64,000 nt of DNA. Origin: Tubiluchus corallicola (Eukaryota > Animalia > Priapulida). Location: the NCBI GenBank assembly GCA_030141605.1, contig JAQGDQ010002373.1:29470-93469 (forward strand), in the 5' to 3' direction. The notes beneath the pieces are model-generated. The model saw only the letters and a list, made by a program, of their open reading frames with translations. It did not search any database and was not told the origin of the DNA. A program made the position numbers and the translations under genes. This document shows, in pieces, positions 39,581-51,218 of this stretch; within the stretch, counting starts at the first letter, position 1, and every line of letters begins with the position of its first letter.

Positions 39581-41414
39581 GGTTACCATCCAGCTTGGCT
39601 GGAATGTGGTTATCATGCCGCAATCTCTACAAGTAGTGAAAATTCTGGAACCTTCCAGAAGTTTACTGTAATGATCTTAATGCTATATTCTGTGTTTTTT
39701 TCTAGGTTATCATTCAGCTTGGCTGGAATGTGGTTGCCATCCAGCAATCTCTACAAGTAGTGAAAATTCTGGAACCTCCCAGAAGTTTACTGTTATGATC
39801 TTAATGCTATGTTGTGTGTTTTTCTCTAGGTTATCATTCAGCTTGGCTGGAATGTGGTTGCCATCCAGCAATCTCTACAAGTAGTGAAAATTCTGGAACC
39901 TCCCAGAAGTTTACTGTTATGATCTTAATGCTATGTTGTGTGTTTTTCTCTAGGTTATCATTCAGCTTGGCTGGAATGTGGTTACCACCCGGCAATCTCT
40001 ACAAGTAGTGAAAATTCTGGAACCTCCCAGAAGTTTACTGTTATGATCTTAATGCTATGTTGTGTGTTTCTCTAGGTTATCATTCAGCTTGGCTGGAATG
40101 TGGTTACCACCGCAATCTCTACAAGTATGAAAATTCTGAACCTCCCAGAAGTTACTGTATGATCTTAATGCTATGTTGTGTTTTCTCAGGTTATCATTCA
40201 GCTTGGCTGAATGTGGTTACCATCCAGCAATCTCTACAAGTAGTGAAAATCTGGAACTCCTAAAGTTTACTGTTATGATCTTAATGCTATGTTTTGTTTT
40301 CTCTAGGTTATCATTCAGCTTGGCTGGAATGTGGTTACCACCCAATCTCTACAAGTAGTGAAAATTCTGGAACCTCCCAGAAACAACAACACCGGTACCA
40401 CCGCAACTCTACAAGTAGTAAAATTCTGGAACCTCAAGTTTACTGTTATGATCTTGCTATTTTGTTTTTCTAGGTTAATTCGCTTCTGGTTTACACCGCA
40501 ATCTACAAGAGTGAAAATTCTAACCTCCCAGTTTACTGTTATGATCTTAATGCTATTTTGTGTTTTTCTCTAGGTTATCATTCAGCTTGGCTGGAATGTG
40601 GTTACCATCCAGCAATCTCTACAAGTAGTGAAAATTCTGGAACCACCTAGAAGTTTACTGTTATGATCTTAATGCTATGTTGTGTGTTTTTCTCTAGGTT
40701 ATCATTCAGCTTGGCTGGAATGTGGTTACCACCCGGCAATCTCTACAAGTAGTGAAAATTCTGGAACCTCCCAGAAGTTTACTGTTATGATCTTAATGCT
40801 ATGTTGTGTGTTTTTCTCTAGGTTATCATTCAGCTTGGCTGGAATGTGGTTACCATCCAGCAATCTCTACAAGTAGTGAAAATTCTGGAACCTCCTAGAA
40901 GTTTACTGTTATGATCTTAATGCTATGTTGTGTGTTTTTCTCTAGGTTATCATTCAGCTTGGCTGGAATGTGGTTACCACCCGGCAATCTCTACAAGTAG
41001 TGAAAATTCTGGAACCTCCCAGAAGTTTACTGTAATGATCTTAATGCTATGTCGTGTGTTTTTCTCTAGGTTATCATTCAGCTTGGCTGGAATGTGGTTA
41101 CCATCCAGCAATCTCTACAAGTAGTGAAAATTCTGGAACCTCCTAGAAGTTTACTGTTATGATCTTAATGCTATGTTCTATGTTTTTCTCTAGGTTATCA
41201 TTCAGCTTGGCTGGAATGTGGTTACCATCCAGCAATCTCTACAAGTAGTGAAAATTGTGGAACCTTCCAGAAGTTTACTGTAATGATCTTAATGCTATGT
41301 TCTGTGTTTTTCTCTAGGTTACCATCCAGCAACTTCTACAAGTAGTGAAAATTCTGGAACCTCCTAGAAGTTTACTGTTATGATCTTAATGCTATGTTCT
41401 GTGTTTTTCTCTAG
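39581..41414 (+). repeat. 124-bp tandem array (~16 units) built from the intron 5 acceptor and the start of HRI exon 6
   Basis: Unit begins GTTATCATTCAGCTTGGCTGGAATGTGG and ends TTTTTCTCTAG; period of 124 checked in the clean copies. Confidence 0.95.
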
Positions 41415-43039
41415 GTTATCATTCAGCTTGGCTGGAATGTGGTTACCATCCGGCAAGCTCTTCCAGCAGTGAAAATTCTGGAACCTCCCATAAGTCTTTC
41501 TCTAATGATCTTGGTGCTAATGGTGCATCTTCTATAATAAAGCTTAACAGAGTTGTTCGTGATGATGACGACAGTCAAGTTGTATTTAGCGATGAAATCT
41601 CCCAGAAGTATAATGTTTCGCAGCATTTTTCTAACACGACCCAACCAAAATGTGCTGTGTATGAGTCGGACACATCATCTGGCGACTGTTCCCAATCTCG
41701 CATGGTTGAAACTACCTCTCACGGTATAGAAACAGGAGCAAATATACCACAAGTAAAAAAGGACTGTGTCACTAGTAACGAAGCCAAAATTGAGTCTGCC
41801 AACAGCTGTACAGCATCTGGTGATGCTAACAAAGGCACTTGCATTTTAAGAGAGGGTTTGAACAATCAAGAAGCGAAGCTCACGCCCATCGAACGCATCA
41901 GGCACAAGTCTAAAAGTCATGATTCCGTGCAAAATCAAGATACAAAAGATAAGATGTTACCAGTGGCTGTTGGTTTTCATCGTAGTGCTAGTCTACAGAC
42001 AGAACCATCCGCCAGAGTGAGCATCTGGAAGCGACAGTGGTCAGATAATGCAACAATCGATCGAGTTCGAGTCATCTTGTTCATACAGATGCAGTTGTGT
42101 AACAGTACCTTGAAGGATGCATTACATCTGAGGAACAGTGAGATCACTGCCAACTGTGATAATTGCACTGTTGTCAATAGTCAAAGATTTCTCTCTATAT
42201 TTCAGCAAATTATTAAAGGAGTGTGTTACATCCATGATCAGGGACTTGTCCATCGAGATTTGAAACCAGGCAATGTATTTCTGCAGGAAGATGATCATGT
42301 CTTGATTGGTGACTTTGGCCTAGCCCGAGACACGTTTCAAGAAGGACCTCAAACGAAAAGAAGTTACAGCTTACCGTCCGAAATGTTGACAACGGATGTT
42401 GGGACGTCACTGTATGCATCTCCAGAACAGTTGAGTAACAGCGACTACAACTACAAGTCTGATATATTCAGTCTTGGCATAATTCTTTTTGAAATGTTTC
42501 AGCCTTTCGGTACAGAGATGGAACGAGTTAAAACATTAATGAATGTTCGCGAGAGCAACATACCTCGTGAGTTCTCGGATAAATGGCCACAGATAGCGCA
42601 CCACGTCAAATCAATGGTAAATGTGGACGCAACAAGCAGGCCATCGGCAGATGAGATCTTACACAGTGAACTATTCATTAGCAAAGATCAAATCATTCAA
42701 TCTCTGAAAGCAAAAATACACCGCTTGCAGGACGTTCATCGCGAAAAAGATGTGATTATTGCAACTAAGAATTCTCAAATAGCTGCTCTTCGTGCCAAAC
42801 TGGGGACAACTGCCAAAGAAAATGATCAGAAGATGCGTGTACTGGAGAAACAATTGTGCGAACGAGGTAGAAAATATAAAAAACAGCGTAATGAACAAAT
42901 GCGGCAGCATGCAAAAGAGCTAAGCTTGATGAAGCACTCTTATGAGAAGCAGCTAGACGAACAAAGAGAAATCATCAATGATTTATTGAAGAAGCAAAGT
43001 AACCTCGAAGCAGCTCAGAAAAATAGGCCAGAGTCGTAA
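41415..43039 (+). CDS. EIF2AK1: HRI-like kinase terminal exon 6 (kinase insert, subdomains V-XI, C-terminal coiled coil)
   Basis: GYHSAWLE, long insert, LFIQMQLC, HRDLKPGN, IGDFGLA, VGTSLYASPEQ, FGTEMER; six exons total 2472 nt = 823 aa plus stop. Confidence 0.95.
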
Positions 43040-43093
43040 CATCTTGTAGAATGAAATTTGCCAACTACTTTTTACGCTATCTGACTATAAGGA

Positions 43094-43408
43094 AAGTGAA
43101 AGCAGAAAGCTTGAGCCAGTTTATCTCAGTTAAAGTTGAAACGTACTAAGTCAAGTTTGCAACTTTTGCTTGTGGAAGCTAAAGAAGTAAATAGTGGCTG
43201 TGTTCTAGACAAAAGCATATTACACTGAAGTTTCGTCAAAATATTTATTGTACTTCAAAAGTACCTCAGTGTAATATGCTTTTGTCTAGAACACAGCCAC
43301 TATTTTCTTCTCTAGCTTCCACAAGTACTCGAGCAAAAGTTGCAAACCTGACTTAGTATGTTTCAACTTTAACTAAGATAAACTGGCTCAAGCTTTCTGC
43401 TTTCACTT
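43094..43408. repeat. Long inverted repeat (~135-bp arms, ~34-nt loop) just after the HRI stop codon
   Basis: 43094-43230 vs 43264-43408, about 6 substitutions and one 8-nt indel. Confidence 0.95.
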
Positions 43409-43916
43409 AATCAAAATTCCTGCACCATATTTTTGAAGGTATTTTGGAATTTTACTATCATCTCCTCCTCGATAGCAAGTCCTTACTTAATGGCGTTAAT
43501 GCATTCCAGCAAAATGTGGTATTAAGTGAAATATTGTTAAATAAAACCATGCCTTGCTTAGGGTGCAATGTGAACAGGTGGGACGCTGTACATTCCAAAA
43601 CCAAAACTCGTGAATGTTTTTATTGAAATCAATTTTTTTGTGCGTTTCATTGCTTGGATTTTTGCATTAATTTGTTTTCTAAAAGGTAAAATAATTACTT
43701 ATATTAATGGCATTGCAGTAGGTACAGTTTGCTGACCCTATGTAAAATAACAACTACAGCAATTTTATAAGCCAGTAAAAAAATTACCAGATAAGTTCTT
43801 GTGTGCATTGCTTGGGTCTAATGATCTCTTTCCAGCATTAAATGATCTTAAAATGTTTGATTTTATGTGTAAAGTTATAGATTGTCTCTTCTGTTTTACT
43901 ACAGGGAAACATGAGT

Positions 43917-44409
43917 CTTCTTCTTCCCAGCTTTTCCCTATTCGGGGTCGCCGTTGTGAATGAGTCTTCTCCACGCATTCCTGTTGTTGACCATCTCTTC
44001 ATTTATGTCTTCCCTTCCCACATGATCTTCACCGACTCTTCTTTTCAGGTGTCCATACCATCGCAATCTTGCGAGACTTCCACTACTTTTACTGTTCCTC
44101 TGATATTATTATTTCTAATTTTATCTCTTCTTGTTATTTCCACCATTCATCTCAACATCCTCATCTCCACCACACTCATTTTCTTCTCTTCAGTCTTCTT
44201 TAGAGAAGCTGCTTCCAGCCCATAGATTAGAGCGGGTCTGATCACTTCTGTGTGGACTTTCCCTTTAAGTCTCACCGACTCATTCATAGAAGGTTTTGGC
44301 GCAGTTTTTACAGGCGGATGCCCTTCCTGACCCTAACCCTCCCTATTTTTCCGGGCTTGGGACCGGCACTGAGTTGGGCTGGCTTACCCGCCCCCCCCAT
44401 TGGCTAGAT
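43917..44409 (-). mobile_element. Bipartite non-autonomous RTE element (5' UTR joined to ORF C-terminus and tail)
   Basis: 17-bp TSD TACAGGGAAACATGAGT; RTE-like [33 protein letters not shown]; 5' motif GTCAGGAAGGGCATCCG; (GAA)n tail. Confidence 0.85.
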
Positions 44410-44600
44410 TACAGGGAAACATGAGTACTTACCTAAAAATGTTTATAGTGTTGTTGGTCTAACGGGGTAAATAATATTAGCTGGTTAATGACCCATTAAC
44501 TCTTACTTAGTGTAAGACAGTGGTTGAGTGATCTCTAGATTAGCAGCAGTTAAGCCTGTCAGTCTGATAGCATTATAGGACAAACATAGTAGCTTTAACT

Positions 44601-45003
44601 CAGGGGTGTGCAAACTGCGGCCCGCAGAGAGATCTTGTGCGGCCCACGAAGAGGTTTGCAAACGTAATGAAAGTGCGGCCCACGCAATCCAGCTGAAGTC
44701 CGCGCCAATATCGCACAGATGGTGTGGGTAGTTATTTCCTCCAGATCGGATGGCATTAACCCTTACAAGACCGTTATCACTTAATGTCACTGTCGGACAT
44801 GACGAAATATATGGTTTTTAATAACTTCTAAAATAGTTTCTTGAGTGTAGTAGTGCAGTAGTAATGATGTGCACAAATCAGAAGCAAAAAAATCGTTATT
44901 AGGTCCTACTGTACTTGGCTCCTTGACCAAACTGCATGTGGCCCACAGGAATTGCGGGAATGTTTAATGTGGCCCTGCTAGTCAGATAATTTGCACACCC
45001 TTG
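44601..45003. mobile_element. hAT-type MITE family D
   Basis: TIRs CAGGGGTGTGCAAA ... TTTGCACACCCTTG; TSD CTTTAACT. Confidence 0.9.
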
Positions 45004-45214
45004 CTTTAACTTCACGAGTAATGACGTCTTTCCAGAGCATTAGCGGCTCTGTGCAACAAACAAAATTTTGCAGCTTTGACTAAAGCTAAAAATTTGTGAT
45101 AAAAATGAAACATCTATCTTTAGATGAGAAAACCGTGCCAAAGATTCATTATCGTTAAAATTAATTGTTGACGAGCGAGGGGTCATTAAGTGAGACATTA
45201 CTGAGTTTTTTGCA

Positions 45215-45718
45215 TGTTGCTGTTCTTGTTGTTGTTGGCATCCTTCTGTCTCGGAAAACAATGGAATGTGCGCCAAGAGAGTCCGATCCTTGAACGTCTC
45301 CAGGGTGCATGCCTGGGCAAGGTGTATGGAGATCCTGAGTTGCCCAGACAACAGGAACCCCCTCTCTTCCTCCCTGGTGTAGTCCAAAGGAAAGCGGAGC
45401 AATACGTTTGGCACCAGGTTGGCTGCAGGAGCTGCCGGAGTCAGTGAGCATGCTGCACTGGTCCGCCTTCGGGGCTCCACTCCTGATTTGGAAGGTTTAC
45501 TCCTCTACACATGGCCACTTGATCTGCTCCGCCCTCTAGCTGTTGGCTGCTTGTACAGCTCCTCTGCCTAGTGTCGAGATACAGTGTGGGCATCCCGCAA
45601 CCCTACAGCACCTGGTATTCCTAGGCGGTCACCCATCCAAGCACTAACCAGGTTCTACGTTGCTTAGCTTCGGTGATCAGACGAGAACCGGTGTTTTCAA
45701 CGTGATTTGGCCGTAGAC
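45215..45718 (-). mobile_element. 5S-derived SINE with internal deletion
   Basis: 5S head at ~45598-45718, body and (AAC)n tail. Confidence 0.92.
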
Positions 45719-45866
45719 ATGTGTCCCTTAGATGTCGTGTTACTAGCAACTTTTGCTGCACATTTAAGTACATCAATGATGGTCCACCAAGAATTTTATG
45801 TTACCTATGCTGCCTAGAAGTGTTTTTGTTCAACTTTTTCTGTGTTACATTGCTAAGAAATGTTGC

Positions 45867-46427
45867 ATTCATTTATTTAATGTTGTGTGAACACAGAAAT
45901 GTGTCATACTTTCATTTATTTAATGTTGTGTGAACACAGAAATGTGTCATACTTTCATTTATTTAATGTTGTGTGAACACAGAAATGTGTCATACTTTCA
46001 TTTATTTAATGTTGTGTGAACACAGAAATGTGTCATACTTTCATTTATTTAATGATGTGTGAACACAGAAATGTGTCATACTTTCATTTATTTAATGTTG
46101 TGTGAACACAGAAATGTGTCATACTTTCATTTATTTAATGATGTGTGAACACAGAAATGTGTCATACTTTCATTTATTTAATGTTGTGTGAACACAGAAA
46201 TGTGTCATACTTTCATTTATTTAATGTTGTGTGAACACAGAAATGTGTCATACTTTCATTTATTTAATGTTGTGTAAACACATAAATGTGTCATACTTTC
46301 ATTTATTTAATGAGGTGTAAACACATAAATGTGTCATACTTTCATTTATTTAATGTTGTGTGAACACAGAAATGTGTCATACTTTCATTTATTTAATGTT
46401 GTGTAAACACATAAATGTGTCATACTT
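45867..46427. repeat. 43-bp minisatellite, about 13 copies
   Basis: Unit TTCATTTATTTAATGTTGTGTGAACACAGAAATGTGTCATACT. Confidence 0.95.
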
Positions 46428-46813
46428 TTTATTATCATAATATTATATTGCTAGTGATATTTTTACACGTGTTGCAATTACCGTAAAATACTGTAATTTA
46501 TAATCTTTTTTTATGAATGTAGTGTGTAGACAAAAATGTGTCGTACCTTTTATTATGTACGCATATGTGTTAAGAGCAATGCTTTAAATCAGAAGCAAAC
46601 AAAATTAATGTTATTTTAAATGAATAAATGGAATGTATTTTACTCTTCACAACCACAACAATACTTTGCAAATAGCTAGACTAATTAAAGACAATTCTAG
46701 TCTTTAATTATATCTGATCACACCACGTGAATAATACACAATAATACACATTACATTCACATGTAACATTCTTACATGATTAAAATTGGAATTCCAAAAT
46801 AAGGTGTTTCATC

Positions 46814-47325
46814 CAGGGATGAGAATGACAGATTGCAAAAAACTGTGAAACAGACTGTGGGGTTTGGGGCCAGCTAGGCCCCCAATAGGGTTCAAGGGAG
46901 CCCCCTTGGAGCCAGCAACAAATTGCAATTTTGTGACCATAGAGTGGACTTAAAGTGGCCTCTAAGTGGACTTAAAATATCAGTTACCTTGTTTCGTGCA
47001 TAATTTAAAATAACCAACTATCAAGGATACATGATACCTAATTGTCTCAAAAATGCCTAAGTACCGGCCGCTCCTATGCAAAAGTATATAAAAACTGTCT
47101 GCACTTGACTCAAATAACTCCGGACAATTGATTATACATAGAGATATACACGGGTTACACTGATGTACGTGATGTAAACAAAGTGACGGCCTGCCAACTA
47201 GCGGTCATTTTGTGAAATAATGTACTGGGTCCGTAAAAATTTTCTCGACGAATTTACGCGATTTACAAAAATGGCACTACTGGTCTTCCAAAAACTCGGA
47301 ATTCCGCGGAAAATTCTCATCCCTG
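46814..47325. mobile_element. hAT-type MITE family E, ~107 bp downstream of the CYB561D2 stop
   Basis: TIRs CAGGGATGAGAAT ... ATTCTCATCCCTG; TSD GTTTCATC. Confidence 0.9.
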
Positions 47326-47431
47326 GTTTCATCTCAGGTATACCACTAACACACATTACTTAAACAAGTGTGAACTACTGTGATAGCTATGTAGAAAAAC
47401 TATAGTATTAAAGTAACCTTGAATTCTTAAT

Positions 47432-47932
47432 TCATCTAGCTTTTATAGCATAAGCTTTAGTAACTTGATTCATAGCTGTCAAAGCTAACATGGCTACTAC
47501 TGCCAAGCAGGAATATACTACACTTTGTGGTACCTTCTGAGTAAACCAAGCAGACAGCATACCTAACGACACGGTTACCATTCCGCACAGAAAGACTATC
47601 AGTCCCGAAGTTGCATGGAACATCTTCAGTTTGGCACGCGTTATCAATTTTGCAGTAAACGAAGGATACAGTTTTGTATTAATTCCACCAATAACTTGGA
47701 TTGTAAAATAGCAGACGGTTATTGCACCCATCGTACCATGCCAGCTGGTGAAGTGTGCCCTACCCAACCTTTCTTTGTTAAAGTATACGCATGCGGAGCC
47801 AATCAGAGCGCACGTTAGAGCTATGAATTGTAGAAAGCCATGCAGTGTAATTTTGGTTGCTCGATCCTTGGCTGGAATCAATGAGCTCTCAGGAGAGAAC
47901 ACCAAAATAGCTTGAACCACGAAGAAAGCGAA
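47432..47932 (-). CDS. CYB561D2: Cytochrome b561 domain-containing protein, coding exon 3
   Basis: AILVFSPESSL, LHGFLQ, AHFTSWHG, KLKMFHATSGL, AMNQVTKAY; TAG acceptor; three exons total 606 nt = 201 aa plus stop. Confidence 0.93.
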   Translation of the reverse strand, partial: FAFFVVQAILVFSPESSLIPAKDRATKITLHGFLQFIALTCALIGSACVYFNKERLGRAHFTSWHGTMGAITVCYFTIQVIGGINTKLYPSFTAKLITRAKLKMFHATSGLIVFLCGMVTVSLGMLSAWFTQKVPQSVVYSCLAVVAMLALTAMNQVTKAYAIKAR

Positions 47933-48214
47933 CTAAAAAAATGAAATAATTTTCTATTTTCAGTTGGCATGCATTTTCTAAAAACCTTATAATTCAACAA
48001 CTAGAGCTTAGTTCACAGTTAACACAATAACACGACGAAATGAATAGCCAAGTAGTCATGTATGGGTGCTTAGGGGCATAGCTAAGAGGGGCAATTTTCA
48101 GAGTGGCACTTTGATCAAGTGCACTGAAAGTTGAGTCTCTCAGAATGCATAGAAAGGTGCTTCAAAACTTAAATAGTGCATGTACAGTAGACAAATGTCA
48201 TTGTCTAATTTGTG

Positions 48215-48352
48215 TGTCAATACTTGTCTTGTCAATACTTGTGTTGTCAATACTTGTGTTGTCAATACTTGTCTTGTCAATACTTGTCTTGTCAATACTT
48301 GTGTTGTCAATACTTGTCTTGTCAATAGTTGAGTTGTCAATACTTGTGTTGT
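48215..48352. repeat. 15-bp tandem repeat (TGTCAATACTTGTGT), about 9 copies
   Basis: Direct inspection. Confidence 0.9.
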
Positions 48353-48544
48353 GTCTGTCTTGTATAATTCGCCTGTCATATTGGCATTTTCTTTGTTTGG
48401 AAATTGTCGAAGTATGCAGATCAGCTGTTTGATGCTGCTGTGTGGTTTTCTGAATGTTTCCACGTGTATGTAGTTTTATATAAAAATGTAGCTGTTTGGT
48501 CTATTAGCTTGTATCCACTGCACTTTTAGATTTTAAGAGCATAT

Positions 48545-48915
48545 TGTTGTGGAGATCGCTGGCATCTATTAGAATTACGTGGACCATTGTAGAATGTTCC
48601 GTTAGAATAATCGTCTTACCGTGTAGAATGTTCTGGAACAAAACTTCTAAAAGCTTCTCGGGCGTGCTATGTAAGGTGAAGCAGGCCGCTGGGACAGACA
48701 CACGCAGATTCACACCGACGTCACTTACACATTCTCTTGTATACTTGTATTTTCAGATACACTCAAACGTTTTCCAGATTTTCACATTTACCGTAAACAT
48801 TTCGCGTTCCTTCATACTTTTGTGTTGTAGAATTCTCGCTTAATAAACTAGTTTAATTTGACAAAGCGTTTTCTGGTTTTCTCTACGAGCCTTCCGAGAG
48901 AAACAAAACACAACA
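48545..48915 (+). mobile_element. Solo LTR
   Basis: Ends TGTTGTG ... CACAACA, internal AATAAA, flanked by ATAT; second copy at 54063. Confidence 0.8.
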
Positions 48916-49125
48916 ATATGTTAAGTGTAAAAGTATTGCATCTGCAGCACTCACTAAAAATCACATTCACTGTTCACTTGTGGTCACCCACCAAGACTTG
49001 CTGTACACATGTTGTTTAACTTTGAACATAAGCGATAAACATAATTGTGAGACTCTGCTATAGCTTATCTGGCATAAACTGACAATGAAACAGGTCTTGA
49101 AGGCAGAGAAAAATCATGTACATGT

Positions 49126-49459
49126 TAGGGGTGAGCATTCTCTACCAGAAAGCGAATTTGAATTGAGATCGAAAGATTTTCGAACAAGTTTTCGAACCAC
49201 CAGTAAAAATTAGTCTTACAAACATCATGCATATCAATAGATTTTGTTCTGCAATAAAACGACTAGCAATTTCTTTAAAATTATTTGCAGAAATCACAGC
49301 TAAATTATGCTAATTGCATGATGTTCCAATTGTTTTATTGATAAAGAACATGTGTGATTGAAGTGCTGAATTATTCGAATCTATAGTTTTGGATTCGAAT
49401 CAAGTTTGAACTAAAAAAACTCGTTCGAATCGAATTCGAGCGTTCGATGCTCACCCCTA
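49126..49459. mobile_element. hAT-type MITE family C, opposite orientation
   Basis: TIRs TAGGGGTGAGCAT ... ATGCTCACCCCTA; TSD GTACATGT. Confidence 0.9.
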
Positions 49460-50135
49460 GTACATGTATCTGCAGTCAAGTGCATACTAGTCAGCACAAG
49501 GCCATTGTATATAACACAAATGGTGCTATATTGGAAAGTTGCCAAAAGTTTTCAAAGTTATAACATAAAAGTCTGAACATGCTTCATATAAGAACTTAGA
49601 AGAACTTGTCTGATTTACGAGAGGCCGTCAAATCTTTATTCCTCATTATCTTAGAACAAGCTTATATGCATAGTTCTTGTTCTCATGCTACAATTTTAGA
49701 CGCTTTTCATTTTCTATAAGTTTATTTATTTCCACACTGCATCCAACAGTTATAATAAAAATACAGATAATTTCACTGAAGTACATATAAATATAAATGC
49801 AATATTATCCAGAAATTACAAAAGCGATTCTTATGCAGCATATACATGTGCAAATTACATTACAGAATAATTTTGATGCATACAGTTTGAGCCTAAAAGC
49901 ATAGCTTGACAGGCCAAACTGTACGTGGAAATCTTAAAGAAGTGATTAATAATTGAAATAATGATAATATATACATAAATGTGGGGGGAGTAGTGAATGA
50001 AAGATGAAATGGAGCGAGAACTAAGAAAAACTGTGATCATGATTATAAAGTGTTCAGTAACCTGTTGAACATCATCATGTTTTATTAAGATTACTGTGGA
50101 AAAAGAATGCAGGTGATTACCATTATCAAACTGTG

Positions 50136-50350
50136 TTACTCTCCGTACTTTTGACATATTTCTTTTCTGACGGTTTTTTTAAAAGTTGAAAGGGAATGAC
50201 TACATTTTGAATTGCGGCTTAGTCTATTCCATAGGACTGGTCCCATATAGCTAATGAAATGTTTCGCCATATTTGTTCTACAACGTCTTGGTATATATTC
50301 ATTACGTCTGGTATTGTATCTTTTTACATTTATCTTGAGTGGATATTCAA
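50136..50350 (-). mobile_element. CR1/L2-group LINE ORF2 C-terminal fragment
   Basis: YNTR..YIPRRCRT..FISYMGPVLWNRL..SLSTFKK. Confidence 0.7.
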
Positions 50351-50711
50351 AAAAAAAAAATTCACACATAAAGCCTATTTTCATGATCCTACAGACATTA
50401 GCTGGAAGTTTGGGCCCAGCAAAACTGTTACCAGTAGGGCCCCGCAGTCGGCAGCTCTTATTGGCTGGCCGTGCCGACAGCTACCCATATGAGGAATGTT
50501 CAGTGTCTCATCCAGGGAATTATCCTTAATAATGCATCTGTCATGACGCAAATAAAATTTTAATAATTTTAAGCAACAGACATCAACATTCTCTTGGGAA
50601 AATTTTAGCTGTGCTTCACATACAACCATTTTTGAAGTTAAGATTTGACAAAATAGTAAATTTATTAGGTGTATCATAGGTAATGAAAACTATAAAAAAT
50701 GTGTAACTTAC

Positions 50712-50749
50712 AGCCGCTGTCATAAGAGCAGGATGCCATGAGAACAAAG
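50712..50749 (-). CDS. CYB561D2: CYB561D2-like coding exon 2
   Basis: SLFSWHPALMTAA (first heme-ligand His); CAG acceptor, GTAAG donor. Confidence 0.9.
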
Positions 50750-51218
50750 CTGAAAACAAAAAAGATAATTTTTTTAATATATGGTGAACAACGACATTTT
50801 TTCGATTTTTCTTTTAATGCTGGGGGAATGTTTACGTTTTCACTTTAAATTTTGAAAAACCTTGTTGTGGGTCTCTGGAGAGATAGCTGTGCTAACAGAG
50901 GTAAATGCTCTGAAGGTCATTTACAGTGCACTGTACATCAGTAGCTGCTGCCAGTACACAAGATCAAGACACCAAATTATTATAAATTAAACAGAATGGA
51001 TTTTATTTGAGATAGTAAAAAATAACAATTTTTTAGCTTTAAAAACAACTCGAGAAGAAATAATAGCATTACCGATCAATAACAATAGTGACAGTTTCAT
51101 TAAATTTATCGCGGTGTGTAGCAACCCTGGAATCCAGGTAAAAAATAAATCAGGGACCGGTAATCACGTCATTGTCAAAAAAGCAGGTTAGGTAATTAAA
51201 ATTTTGACAAAAACTCAC

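Noticed and set aside
39814-41124. Repeated 64-aa ORFs as independent small proteins
   Set aside because: Products of the 124-bp array; relevant only as possible HRI splice variants.
41657-47932. Functional heme-related cluster of HRI and cytochrome b561
   Set aside because: Adjacency of two convergent eukaryotic genes is not evidence of co-regulation, and this HRI lacks the CP heme motifs.
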